A DNA stretch of 64,000 bases from Gemmatimonadaceae bacterium (GCA_051859245.1 JBHYGA010000001.1:992001-1056000); one strand, 5' to 3'. Shown: positions 8,884 through 18,431, counted from the stretch's first letter. Made by a program: numbers and translations. Notes: a model not told the origin generated them from the letters alone.

Positions 8884-10004
8884 TACTGTTTCGGCGCCCC
8901 CAACTCCCTCGCCAACGTCGCCAACATCCGGTCGGCCAGCGGTGCCGGAATCGGTTCGTAACCAAGCTCACGCGCGATCTGATCACCACTGTGCAGCGCC
9001 CACTCGGCGAACCGTTGCACAGACTGCGTTTTTGTCGGGCCAATATGATCAGGCGCGACCAGCATCCAGGTGAACGACGAAATCGGATAGGCACGATCGC
9101 CAGGTGCATTCACAATTGAGAGCCGCAGGTCGAGCGGTTCATTGGCGATCGCGAGTGCACTGGTTGCGGCGGCGGCCATTTCGAATGCTGCCGGCGCAAC
9201 GAAGTTGCCCGCGGCGTTTCGCACCAGCGCGACTGGCAAACGGTTTTGTCGTGCGTACGACGATTCCACATATCCGATCGCGCCAAGCGTTTGCTTGACC
9301 TGTCCGGCTACTCCTTCATTGCCCTGACCGCCTGTGCCAACGGGCCACTGGACATCCTTGCCGCGACCAGGACCGGCGGCCCAATCCGCGCTCACGGCGA
9401 AGAGATAGTCAGAGAAAATGTACGACGTTCCACTGCCATCGGATCGGCGCACCACCTGCACGTCGCGATCGGGCAGCACTGCATCTGGATTGAGCGCGGC
9501 AAGTCGCGGATCATTCCATCGTGTTAACCGACCGAGAAAAACTTCGGCCAGAATCTCTGAAGACACACGGAGCGGTCGTTCGAGTTCTGGAAGGTTGTAC
9601 GTGATCGCAACCGCGCCGAGCACGGTTGGAATGTGCACCACCCGCGCGGTGGGGACGCGTGCAATTTCCTCGTTGCTCAATGGCGCATCGCTGGCCGCAA
9701 AGTCAACGGTGCCCGCGATGAGCCGATCAATGCCACCGCTCGATCCGATAGACTCATAGTTCACGCGCACGCCGGTTTGTGTGGCATACGTGTTGAACCA
9801 GCGTGCGTACAGCGGATACGGAAACGTGGCGCCCGCGCCGAGCAGGTCGACGTCACGAGGGGAGACGGGACTCGAATCAGTGCTTACAGCACCGTCACGC
9901 GTCGCGCCGTCACGCGACGCGCTATCACACCCCGTTGCCGCACCCAGCAACGCGACCACGGCAAGGCGGAGCCATGCCGCCGCACGCCCGTGGCGACGAT
10001 TCAT
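8883..10004 (-). CDS. pstS: Phosphate ABC transporter substrate-binding protein PstS (E. coli-like subfamily), lipoprotein
   Basis: GAGATFPYPLY, IGSSGGI, DFAASDAPL, RSDGSGTS, GNEGVAG, YPISSFTW; lipobox ATGC. Confidence 0.95.
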   Translation of the reverse strand: MNRRHGRAAAWLRLAVVALLGAATGCDSASRDGATRDGAVSTDSSPVSPRDVDLLGAGATFPYPLYARWFNTYATQTGVRVNYESIGSSGGIDRLIAGTVDFAASDAPLSNEEIARVPTARVVHIPTVLGAVAITYNLPELERPLRVSSEILAEVFLGRLTRWNDPRLAALNPDAVLPDRDVQVVRRSDGSGTSYIFSDYLFAVSADWAAGPGRGKDVQWPVGTGGQGNEGVAGQVKQTLGAIGYVESSYARQNRLPVALVRNAAGNFVAPAAFEMAAAATSALAIANEPLDLRLSIVNAPGDRAYPISSFTWMLVAPDHIGPTKTQSVQRFAEWALHSGDQIARELGYEPIPAPLADRMLATLARELGAPKQ

Positions 10005-10009
10005 GAATG

Positions 10010-10768
10010 TCACAGCTCGTTTGAAAAACTCATGAGCTTGAACGTACCGTTGCGCTCGACAATGTGCGACGTGAGCCACAAGGTATCGGTCACTGACTTG
10101 CCGCGGCGGATGATGCCGCATGGACCATGCACGCGGTTCTGACCGAGCACCCTCGGTTCGCGACTGCAGGCCGTGCCAGCTACCGTCGAGTCCGCACCGC
10201 GTGCGCGCTCGAGCGCGCGCGCTAGTCCGCGTCCGCCGTTGTTCGCGAGCAGCAGCCATGAGACGTGCGGCTGCATGCCGTTGGCCGGTTCATCGCTCTC
10301 GGGAAAGTAGAGATACGCAAACTCCGCCTTGCTGAGCACCAACGGCGAGAGCGCGAGCGAATCGCTGCGTACGAGCGTGCTCCAATAGCGACGCAGTAGC
10401 GCATCCACCGATGTCGCACCATCCGCGAGTGCTGTGACGGCCACACCACCGGCTTCGGCCTGAAAGCGACGCAAAGCCTCTTCCGGCGGATAGATGCTGT
10501 CGATGACGTATCCCGGTGTTTTGAGCAACGAGTCGCGCGAAGCGATCAGCGCTCCGTCCGACTGCCATTCTACCATTGCGGGATCAATACCGGCGGGAAT
10601 CGGTTGACGCACGGCGCCGGAATCAAGCGGGGTCGTGTCGTTGGCCATGGCCGCCGCTCGGCGCGCGTCGTCGCTCGAATTCCCGCAGGCGGCCAGCGTG
10701 ATCAAGGACAACGCTACGAACGCACGCACGGTGTGTCGCGCTCGCGTTTCAAAGTGATGCACGTGCAT
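10010..10768 (-). CDS. Hypothetical lipoprotein
   Basis: Lipobox LITLAAC; ends 5 nt before pstS; no recognisable catalytic motif. Confidence 0.7.
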   Translation of the reverse strand: MHVHHFETRARHTVRAFVALSLITLAACGNSSDDARRAAAMANDTTPLDSGAVRQPIPAGIDPAMVEWQSDGALIASRDSLLKTPGYVIDSIYPPEEALRRFQAEAGGVAVTALADGATSVDALLRRYWSTLVRSDSLALSPLVLSKAEFAYLYFPESDEPANGMQPHVSWLLLANNGGRGLARALERARGADSTVAGTACSREPRVLGQNRVHGPCGIIRRGKSVTDTLWLTSHIVERNGTFKLMSFSNEL

Positions 10769-10784
10769 GATCGTCGAGGTGCAT

Positions 10785-10830
10785 AAAAGGAAACGGGGGC
10801 CGGATCCGCACGTTGCGAATCCGGCCCCCG
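10785..10830 (-). terminator. Intrinsic terminator after the large lipoprotein gene
   Basis: Stem CGGGGGCCGGAT / ATCCGGCCCCCG (10794-10830) followed on the minus strand by TTTCCTTTT. Confidence 0.75.
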
Positions 10831-10845
10831 AAAAGATAGTGCGAT

Positions 10846-12609
10846 TTAGTTGCGGTAGTACGTCGTCCAGCCAGCGTACCAAGGCGTCGTGGAGGCAGGA
10901 TCAACCGCTCCCACATACGTGGTGCCGGCCATGGTGCCACCAAAGTAGTTCGTCACCCGCGTTGGAATACGGCCGGGCAGCGTCGCGCCGGTGCCGCCCG
11001 TGGCGAGAATCGAACCAGCCGCCGGACGCCAGTCGAAAGCGAAGTTGTTGGCAACCGTTGTGGCAGCAGCCGGGACGTTCACGAAGAGTGTGTTCGTTGC
11101 GGCGGTGCTTGAACGCATGCCGTTGTTCGCAAACTTGTCCGCGGTGCCGAAGCGATTCGTCGCGCCAGCCGCATCGTAGTCACGCGGGTTGTCCGCAAGC
11201 ACCAGATTGCGAATGTTGAGCGAGTCTTCCGTGATACGGGTGTTCGTTTCCGGATCGAAGATGGAGAACGCCGCTTCCGGCCAGCGTGCCAGCACGCCGT
11301 TCATCCAGACACCACCCGTACCGCGGCGCAGGTTTGCACCAAGGCCACCGTCGCCGACCGGACGCACTGGCAACACACCAGCTCCCGGTCCAACAATCGT
11401 GAAGTTCGCAAAGACCGGCATGTTGTACGGCGTGGAGTTGAATCCCTGCGCACAGCTGCCCGACGTCGAGCCGCAACCGTCCACTTCAAAACCACTCTGT
11501 TCAGCCGAGAGCGAGCCCGGGTTACCCGGACGCGGACTGACGCGAGGTCCCGTCTGCAAGGCGATCAGGAACTGGTGACGGCCGCGGTGTCCTTCTGCGG
11601 CGTCGAAGTGGTCGTCGCCAGACTCGTACGACACGAGATTGCGGCTGTCCACGGTACCGCCGAACCATTCGAACATGTCATCCAGACCACGAACAGCCTG
11701 CAGGAACTCCATGCGTGTGCCGCGACCTACTGCATACATCGAGAACGCGTTGAGCTCAACGTTCAGGATTGCCGCAGCGCCCGCAAACTCTACGCGGATG
11801 TAGCGATAGTCACCTGAGTTATCTGCATCGTTCGTACCGCCGTTCCAGCTGATCGTGTCCGCCGGAGCCGGTCCTTCAACCAAGGTGCGTCCCGTGCGGT
11901 TCGACGTCGCCTGGCCAACGATGATCAAGCCGCCCCAGTCACCCGGAGCGCGCTGTCCTTCCGCCGCCGCTGACGTCATCACAATCGGAGCGGCAGCCGT
12001 GCCGACCGCGTTGATGCGCGCGCCACGAAGCACGATCAGCGCAGTGACCGCTGGCGCCTGACCTGCCGTGATCGGCGCGCCAATGATGCGCGTTCCCGGA
12101 GCGATCGTCAGCGTGGCGCCATTGGCAACCGAGATGATGCGCGTAAGCTGATAGATATTATCTGCGGTCCAGTTGGTGTTCGTGGTGATGTCCGCCGTCA
12201 CCTGCACAGTGGTGCGACTGGCCGAACGCACCGTGGCTTCAGCGGAGAATGGACCCTGCTCGGTGTTGCGCAGTGCGCGCACGCGAAACCGGTAATCTGT
12301 TTCCGGCGCAAGCCCAGTCACCACAAGTTCAGGAGTCGTTGCAGTGCCCGCCGCAGCGAACGCGCCGGCTGCGCCAGTCGCGCGCTCAACTTCGTATGAC
12401 GTTGCACCAGTGACTGCAGTCCACGTTACGCGAATGCTGGTGGGCGAGGGGGAAGTACCAGCAACGCCGGTCGGTGCAACGAGCGCTGGCGGCGGCGGCG
12501 TAACGCCGCCACCATCATCATCATCATCGCCGCAGGCAGCGACCGCAAGCAGACTGGCGAGGGCGCTGACTTTCAGCAACCGACGAGTCAGTGAGTAAGA
12601 CATGAGCAT
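10846..12609 (-). CDS. Surface lipoprotein with fibronectin type III domain and probable beta-helix domain
   Basis: Lipobox AVAAC plus D6 linker; FN3 pattern (APTG..SIRVTW..Y..V..GLAPETDYRFRVRA); GDWGGLII, YIRVEFAG, ELNAF, DDMFEWFGGTV, GDDHFD motifs. Confidence 0.75.
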   Translation of the reverse strand: MLMSYSLTRRLLKVSALASLLAVAACGDDDDDGGGVTPPPPALVAPTGVAGTSPSPTSIRVTWTAVTGATSYEVERATGAAGAFAAAGTATTPELVVTGLAPETDYRFRVRALRNTEQGPFSAEATVRSASRTTVQVTADITTNTNWTADNIYQLTRIISVANGATLTIAPGTRIIGAPITAGQAPAVTALIVLRGARINAVGTAAAPIVMTSAAAEGQRAPGDWGGLIIVGQATSNRTGRTLVEGPAPADTISWNGGTNDADNSGDYRYIRVEFAGAAAILNVELNAFSMYAVGRGTRMEFLQAVRGLDDMFEWFGGTVDSRNLVSYESGDDHFDAAEGHRGRHQFLIALQTGPRVSPRPGNPGSLSAEQSGFEVDGCGSTSGSCAQGFNSTPYNMPVFANFTIVGPGAGVLPVRPVGDGGLGANLRRGTGGVWMNGVLARWPEAAFSIFDPETNTRITEDSLNIRNLVLADNPRDYDAAGATNRFGTADKFANNGMRSSTAATNTLFVNVPAAATTVANNFAFDWRPAAGSILATGGTGATLPGRIPTRVTNYFGGTMAGTTYVGAVDPASTTPWYAGWTTYYRN

Positions 12610-12625
12610 CCTGTGCGTAGAAGTG

Positions 12626-12657
12626 AAAAGGGGATGGGGAGTACATCCCCATCCCCT
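12626..12657 (-). terminator. 12-bp perfect hairpin plus U-run between the TonB receptor and lipoprotein genes
   Basis: AGGGGATGGGGA-GTACA-TCCCCATCCCCT (12629-12657), followed by TTT on the minus strand. Confidence 0.6.
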
Positions 12658-12658
12658 C

Positions 12659-12712
12659 AGACTACCGTCACACTGTCATGCTCCGGCGACTTCTGTGTCA
12701 CGAACCGGTCAC
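12659..12712 (-). promoter_or_regulatory. Putative Pho box array and -10 element for the lipoprotein gene
   Basis: Pentamers GTCAT/GCGAC/GTCAC/GTCAC at 12675, 12686, 12697, 12708 (11-bp period); TAGTCT at 12664-12659 on the coding strand. Confidence 0.7.
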
Positions 12713-15528
12713 TGACGCCACTGCACGCCAACAGCGAGGTTACGTCCAAGACGATACGATTCGCGCGTCACGGGCCCCTGCGTCAGCTTGAACGGCGAAT
12801 CGATCAGGTTGCGTGCATCCATGCGCCACGTCCAGCGATCACCAATCGGCAGACGCAGCGACAGGTCAATCAAGTGTCGCGGCTGTTCGTACACGTCGGG
12901 GAAGGGGATGGTGCCCGCGCTGTAAATGCGCTCACCGACCGCTGAGTACAGCAGTGTGGCCGAGAGTCCGTTCGCGCGACCTGTATATGTGGCGCCTGCG
13001 TTGACCACCCATGGGGCCTGACCCATCATCGGGCGATTCGCATTGGTGTTTGACGACGCATCACTACCGACTTCGATATCACTGCGCATCAGCGTGACGT
13101 TAGAGAACAGCGCGAGCGGTTCAAGAAATTCCGCGATGCCACCAAGTCCCTTTCGTGCTTCGAGTTCCACACCAACGTTGTTCGCGGCGGCGGCGTTGAA
13201 GAACGACACAAACGGCTGACCACCCGTGGAGAGGTCGATGCGCTCGATGGGCTTGTCAAAGCGCTTGACGAACGCACCGATGCTGAGCACTTCGCCAGCG
13301 TTCGGGAAGAGTTCGTACTTTACATCGTAGCTCTGAATAAGTGTGCGTACGAGATCCGCGTTGCCACGCGTGATCTGTCCGCCCACCACTTCGAGGTACT
13401 GCACCGGCGAAAGCTCACGGTACTCCGGACGCGCGAGCGTCTGTGACGCCGAGAGACGCAGCTGGCCGATTTCCCCAGTCTTCACGTTCAGCACAACGGC
13501 AGGCAGCACGTCGGTGTTGTCGAGGCCCGAGTTGAAAAAGTTACCGTTTGAAAGCGACGTGTTGACATCAATCACCGCGTTTTCAATGCGCGCGCCGCCA
13601 ATGAGCTTGACGCGCGATCCGAGCGGCACTTCGGTCATCAGGTAGCCGGCGGTCACTCGCTCCGTCGCGTTGTATACGCCGTCTTCGGCCACGTTGATGA
13701 TGTTGAACACGTTGTCTTCACCGTTGGTGAAGCGACCGTCGAACAGCTCTTCCGCCGGACGCGAACGGTCTGCCGTGGGCACAAACGTCGACACAATGCT
13801 GAACTGACGGTTTACCGCGTCACGGTCGGTGCTGCGATAGGTGGCACCGAGCTTGATGACTGGTGCGTCAACACCGCTTCGGAGTGCGAGCTTGTAGTTG
13901 CTGCCAAAGCTCCAGTTGTTCTCACGCAGGTCACCGAACGTGCGGCGCGCGACGTCGGGGTTGCCGTCGCTCCAGGAGAAGGCGTCTTCGTTGCCGAACT
14001 GTGCGTACACGAGATCCGAGCGATCAGGTTCCTTGCGGATCACGCCGGCGGTTGATGCCGTCCAGTCGAGATTCTGACGCGCGCCCAGGGTGTGCTCACC
14101 CTTGAGCTGCGTGCTGCGAATCGCGCGCTCCACGTACCGCAGCGTCTGCCGTTCGATTGTGGCGAGTGAGAACGAGAATGACTCGCCGGCAGTGCGACGG
14201 GCTTCGCTGTCTGCACTGCGCGTGTACGTATTGTTGAGCGAAATGCGCGTGTTCGGTGTGATCAGGCTGCTGAGATTGAACATGCCGCCCCACGACACAC
14301 CGCGGCTGCTGCCCTGTCCCGTCCACGATTCAAGCACCTGCGGCACGCCGTCACGCTGAATCGGATTGGCCTGATAATCGTCTTCACGAATGTCTTGCGT
14401 TGCCGAGTACGTGAGCGAGGCGAGGTAGCCGACGCGCAAACCAAACATCGGATCCTGTCCGCCAACGGACACACCGAACGATCCGTTCGGCAGTCCGGTC
14501 TGCTGCAGTGGTGACCAGGTGTTACGCAGCGAGTTGATCGCGCCGTTGATCTGCGGACGCGTGGTGAGCTGACCAACGGACGACGCCGAGGCGAGTTCAG
14601 AGGGGAGTGGACGAGCGCTAGCGCCAAATCCGAACCACTCACCGCTGGCGCGTGGTGCCGCCTGAATCGAACGGCCGGTCGCGAGCTCATTCCCACCAAG
14701 TGAGGCCGAGAAGGTCACCGCACGACGCGCCGGAAACTCGCGCGTCTGAATGTCCACCGACGCGCCCGAAAAATCGCCGGAGAGGTCGGGCGTGAATGTT
14801 TTGCTCACATTGATCGCCTGCAACAGGCCCGACGGAAACATGTCGAGCGGCACGAAACGCTTTTCCGGTTCCGGGCTCGGCAGTCGTGTGCCGTTGAGAT
14901 TGGTCACGGTGTAGCGCTCTCCCAGGCCGCGCACAAACACGCTGCGACCATCTTGCACCGTGACGCCGCTGACACGCTGAATCGCTTTGGCAGCGTCACC
15001 GTCGGGGCTCTTTGCGATCTGCTCGGCCGTCACGGCATTCACAATGCCCGTGGCCGTGCGCTGTGCATCAAGCGCGGCGTTCACCGTGCCACGTTCCGCC
15101 GCGGCGGACACGGTAACAGCCGTGAGTTCGAGATTGGCGGCCGACATGGACACATTCTGCTCAAGCGCTGAACCCGCCTGCAGCATGATGCCCGTGACAG
15201 TTTTTTGTGCGTATCCGATGCGACGGAACTGCAGAGTGACTGTGCCCGCCGGAACGCGTGCGATAGTGTAACTGCCATCAACACCGGTCATGGCGCCAAT
15301 CGTGGTGCCAACCAACTGCACGCCAACACCAGCAACCGGCTGGCCCGACTCTGCATCAATCACGCGACCAGCAATGCGACCAACTTGCGCCGCGTCTTGC
15401 GCCGCAGCGGTTGACGCGATTGCGGCAGTTACAATAAGTGCAGCACCTACATGTATTGTCACAGCCTGTGCGCTGCCGACAAAAGCGCGCAACAGAACGG
15501 TGGACACAGCACGACGAGAAATCCGCAT
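12709..15528 (-). CDS. TonB-dependent receptor with N-terminal carboxypeptidase-regulatory-like domain
   Basis: GRIAGRVID..G.P..G N-domain; plug motif RVSGVTVQDGRSVFVRGLGERY; NLID and terminal beta strand; AGGA RBS before ATG 15528. Confidence 0.93.
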   Translation of the reverse strand: MRISRRAVSTVLLRAFVGSAQAVTIHVGAALIVTAAIASTAAAQDAAQVGRIAGRVIDAESGQPVAGVGVQLVGTTIGAMTGVDGSYTIARVPAGTVTLQFRRIGYAQKTVTGIMLQAGSALEQNVSMSAANLELTAVTVSAAAERGTVNAALDAQRTATGIVNAVTAEQIAKSPDGDAAKAIQRVSGVTVQDGRSVFVRGLGERYTVTNLNGTRLPSPEPEKRFVPLDMFPSGLLQAINVSKTFTPDLSGDFSGASVDIQTREFPARRAVTFSASLGGNELATGRSIQAAPRASGEWFGFGASARPLPSELASASSVGQLTTRPQINGAINSLRNTWSPLQQTGLPNGSFGVSVGGQDPMFGLRVGYLASLTYSATQDIREDDYQANPIQRDGVPQVLESWTGQGSSRGVSWGGMFNLSSLITPNTRISLNNTYTRSADSEARRTAGESFSFSLATIERQTLRYVERAIRSTQLKGEHTLGARQNLDWTASTAGVIRKEPDRSDLVYAQFGNEDAFSWSDGNPDVARRTFGDLRENNWSFGSNYKLALRSGVDAPVIKLGATYRSTDRDAVNRQFSIVSTFVPTADRSRPAEELFDGRFTNGEDNVFNIINVAEDGVYNATERVTAGYLMTEVPLGSRVKLIGGARIENAVIDVNTSLSNGNFFNSGLDNTDVLPAVVLNVKTGEIGQLRLSASQTLARPEYRELSPVQYLEVVGGQITRGNADLVRTLIQSYDVKYELFPNAGEVLSIGAFVKRFDKPIERIDLSTGGQPFVSFFNAAAANNVGVELEARKGLGGIAEFLEPLALFSNVTLMRSDIEVGSDASSNTNANRPMMGQAPWVVNAGATYTGRANGLSATLLYSAVGERIYSAGTIPFPDVYEQPRHLIDLSLRLPIGDRWTWRMDARNLIDSPFKLTQGPVTRESYRLGRNLAVGVQWRQ

Positions 15529-15587
15529 AGGGCAGTCCTGGAAAAGTGGCCCGAGCCTGCCATCAGGTTCCTGTGGCAGATGCGAAC

Positions 15588-15641
15588 AATCTCCGTGACG
15601 CGGGTTTCGGATCGTCCACGGATCTGCAACGATTGTGTCAC
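15588..15641 (-). promoter_or_regulatory. Putative Pho box array and -10 element for the TonB receptor
   Basis: Pentamers GTTTC/TCCAC/GCAAC/GTCAC at 15604, 15615, 15626, 15637; GAGATT at 15593-15588. Confidence 0.6.
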
Positions 15642-15689
15642 GGAACACAGGGTCCGGACTCGTTCGACACGTGGTGCCTTGGCCCTACA

Positions 15690-15921
15690 TGCTGTTCCGA
15701 TTCGGTCATTCGGCCCAGCAGCGGGAGCCCACGGCCATTTGGCCTTTCGGCCTCGCAGTTTCGTACGACGGCACGAAGCACTCAAGCTGATATCGGCGTT
15801 GGCGTCGATGGCACACAGGGGTTCGTGCGTTCTATGCAACCTTTCGAAACGGTGAGGCCGAAAGGCCAAATGGCCGTGGGCTCCCGCTACTGGGCCGAAT
15901 GACCGAATCAGGAACTGCAAC
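15690..15921. repeat. Palindromic intergenic element copy 2
   Basis: Same arms as 8638-8883 (GATTCGGTCATTCGGCCCAG...CTGGGCCGAATGACCGAATC), same orientation, divergent central spacer. Confidence 0.85.
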
Positions 15922-15997
15922 TGATCGCAACGAATGCTTGAGAAATTTCGGTGTATATAGTTGCACGTTGGCTCAGACCGTTGCACCTTGGCCAGCG

Positions 15998-16879
15998 ATG
16001 AAAAATCCACCCTCTTCCCGCCGCCATTCGCACGCCGATCCGAGTCGCGCTCGACTCGTTTCGGTTCCCAGCGCTCCGCCAGGCCCCGAGCTCGCCACGG
16101 ATCTGGACGCGGCGCTGACGAACGCCGCGCAGATGCTGCGATCGTCAGAAGTGGTCACGGTCCTGACGGGTGCGGGCGTGTCGGCTGAGAGTGGAATCCC
16201 GACGTTCCGGGATGCGCTCACCGGATGGTGGGCGCAGTTCCGTCCGGAGGAGCTTGCGACCCCCGAGGCCTTTGCGACCGATCCGGCGCGGGTTTGGGGC
16301 TGGTACGCGGCGCGTCGGGCCTCCGTGCGGCGAGCCAAACCGAATCCGGCGCATGAGGCGCTCGCGTACCTCGCCCGTCGGGTCGGTCGCTGCACGCTGC
16401 TTACGCAGAATGTGGACGGACTACACGAGCAGGCCGGCCACGAGGACGTCGTGTCGCTGCATGGCAGCCTCATGCGGGTTCGGTGCAGCGCGGATTGTTC
16501 TCCCGCCTTTGAAGCTCCAGAGTCCATGGACGCCACCGCCGACGCAAATGGACCCATCGCGCCACCGGTTTGCAGCAAGTGCGGCGCGCCACTTCGACCG
16601 GACGTGGTGTGGTTCGGTGAGCCACTGCCGGAGGCCGCGCTCACCAAGGCTCGGTCCGCCACATTCGCGTGCGATGTGTTTCTGTCGGTGGGCACCTCCA
16701 ATATGGTAGAGCCGGCGGCTTCGCTTCCCTGGCTCGCAGCCTCGCACGGTGCGACTGTGCTCGTGATCAATCCCACCATGCAGGGCCAGCGCAACGGTCC
16801 GTCCATTGTGCCGCTCATGGGGAATGCGGCGTCGCTGCTGCCACGATTGATCGCGCGGGCGTGGCCGGCCAAGCGTTAG
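15998..16879 (+). CDS. cobB: NAD-dependent protein deacylase (sirtuin, class III)
   Basis: GAGVSAESGIPTFR, TQNVDGLH, LHGS, Zn-ribbon cysteines, RPDVVWFGE, VGTS; WYAARR desuccinylase-type Tyr/Arg. Start uncertain. Confidence 0.92.
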   Translation: MKNPPSSRRHSHADPSRARLVSVPSAPPGPELATDLDAALTNAAQMLRSSEVVTVLTGAGVSAESGIPTFRDALTGWWAQFRPEELATPEAFATDPARVWGWYAARRASVRRAKPNPAHEALAYLARRVGRCTLLTQNVDGLHEQAGHEDVVSLHGSLMRVRCSADCSPAFEAPESMDATADANGPIAPPVCSKCGAPLRPDVVWFGEPLPEAALTKARSATFACDVFLSVGTSNMVEPAASLPWLAASHGATVLVINPTMQGQRNGPSIVPLMGNAASLLPRLIARAWPAKR

Positions 16880-16942
16880 CGGCCAGCGCGTAGCGCCTAC
16901 CGTGCGATAATGCGCGCGCCAAGCGCTGCGCATGTCGCCAGG

Positions 16943-18349
16943 TCAGGCGATGTCAGATTCCGGTGGCGCGTTCGGAAAGAGCGCCGCGATCGTGGTGCCG
17001 GCACCCAGCACACTCTCCGCGCGCACACGCCCGCCGTGTGCCTCGACTAAATGTCGTACAATGGCCAGGCCGAGTCCGGTACCACCGGCATCGCGGGCAC
17101 GTCCTGGATCGGCTCGATAGAAGCGCTCGAAAATTCTCGGCAGATGTGCTTCGGCAATGCCGGATCCCGTGTCACGGACACCGAGCCACACACCCTCTTC
17201 TGAACGCTCTGAGAAGATTGTCACGCGGCCCTGTGCCGTGTGTCGCAGGGCATTCTGTGTGAGGTTCGACAACACCTGTCGAACCGCTGTTGGATCCGCG
17301 TAGACACGACCGGCCTGCTCGGCCAGCTGCGCTTCGATGCATACGCCTTTGCTTGCCGCCTGATCTTGCAGTGGCGCGAGGATCTCGTTGGTCACTGCGC
17401 GCAGCTCAAGATCGCCGGGTTTGGGCAACCAGCCGCCAGACTCAATGCGCGACAGATCGAGCAGATCATCAACAATGCGCTGCATGCGGCGCACGTTGGA
17501 TGCCGTCATGCCCACAAACTGCCGTCGCAAATCGGGCGGCAGCTCTTCGTCGGCCAGCGTTTCCACGAATCCGGTGATTACCGTGAGCGGTGTGCGCAGC
17601 TCATGCGACACGTTCGCCACAAAATCGCGGCGCACGGCCTCAAGTTTACGAAATGGCGTAAGGTCATACAGCGCGAGAATCGCGCCGCCATCGGGCAACG
17701 GCCGTGCCGTGAGTGACAGCGTGCGATCATCCACGCGCACTTCCGATGGTGTGGCCACTTCACCACGCAAGACATCGGCGAGTGCGTCGCGCATGGTGCG
17801 ATCGCGCGGCAGGTAGTCGGCCGGGAAGGGCACCGGTTCCCGCAGTCGCAGAATCTGTCGAGCCGTTTCATTGATACGTACAACACGCTGACGCGCATCA
17901 ACCGCAATCACACCTTCATTCAACGACTCGGTGAGTGCGACGAGCAAGGCTTCTTCCGCCCGCAGCGCGCCCATGCGCGACGTGGATTGTTCGGCGAGTC
18001 TGCGCAGCGCTTCGGCCAGTTCGCCAACCTCTCCGGACCCGCGCAGACTTGGGCGACGCGTCATATCCCCATCGGCAAGCGCACGCGCTACGCTGCGCAA
18101 GTCTTCAACGGGGCGGGCAATGGAACGCGCGACGAACACACTTCCTGCCATGCCAAGTGCGAGCGCGGCCAAGCCGGTGAGCCAGAGGTTGCGCTGCACC
18201 TCTGATTCAATCGCGGAGACGCGTGCGTCCTCAACGCCAGCGGCGCGCAGCCGAATGCTGACGGAGCGCTGTGTGACGGTTCCCACCACGAGAATCGCGA
18301 CGGCAAGTCCGACCGTCGCGGAGAGGACCAAACGCTGCGTCAGTTTCAC
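16943..18349 (-). CDS. phoR: Sensor histidine kinase PhoR-like (TM-HAMP-PAS-HisKA-HATPase)
   Basis: RRDFVANVSHELRTPLT H-box, NL..NA, DTGSGI, FERFYR, GGTGLGL; follows phoB in a Pho cluster. Start uncertain (18349-18391). Confidence 0.88.
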   Translation of the reverse strand: MKLTQRLVLSATVGLAVAILVVGTVTQRSVSIRLRAAGVEDARVSAIESEVQRNLWLTGLAALALGMAGSVFVARSIARPVEDLRSVARALADGDMTRRPSLRGSGEVGELAEALRRLAEQSTSRMGALRAEEALLVALTESLNEGVIAVDARQRVVRINETARQILRLREPVPFPADYLPRDRTMRDALADVLRGEVATPSEVRVDDRTLSLTARPLPDGGAILALYDLTPFRKLEAVRRDFVANVSHELRTPLTVITGFVETLADEELPPDLRRQFVGMTASNVRRMQRIVDDLLDLSRIESGGWLPKPGDLELRAVTNEILAPLQDQAASKGVCIEAQLAEQAGRVYADPTAVRQVLSNLTQNALRHTAQGRVTIFSERSEEGVWLGVRDTGSGIAEAHLPRIFERFYRADPGRARDAGGTGLGLAIVRHLVEAHGGRVRAESVLGAGTTIAALFPNAPPESDIA

Positions 18350-18431
18350 ACGCACATAGTGTGTAAAACTGACGCCAGTGGCAACACACAAATCCGCAAC
18401 GGTACGATGACCAGCGGGTTGTCAGCGGCCA

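Noticed and set aside
8481..8961. Short ORFs similar to ORFs at 15451-16010 (FPIRSFGPVAGAQG...)
   Set aside because: The similarity is just translation of the palindromic element; no RBS or coding signal
8638..15921. Repeats as a CRISPR array
   Set aside because: Only two long palindromes 6.8 kb apart; no repeat-spacer periodicity and no cas genes
15998..16879. Sirtuin as an anti-phage Sir2 effector
   Set aside because: Ordinary Zn-ribbon CobB with no defence partners
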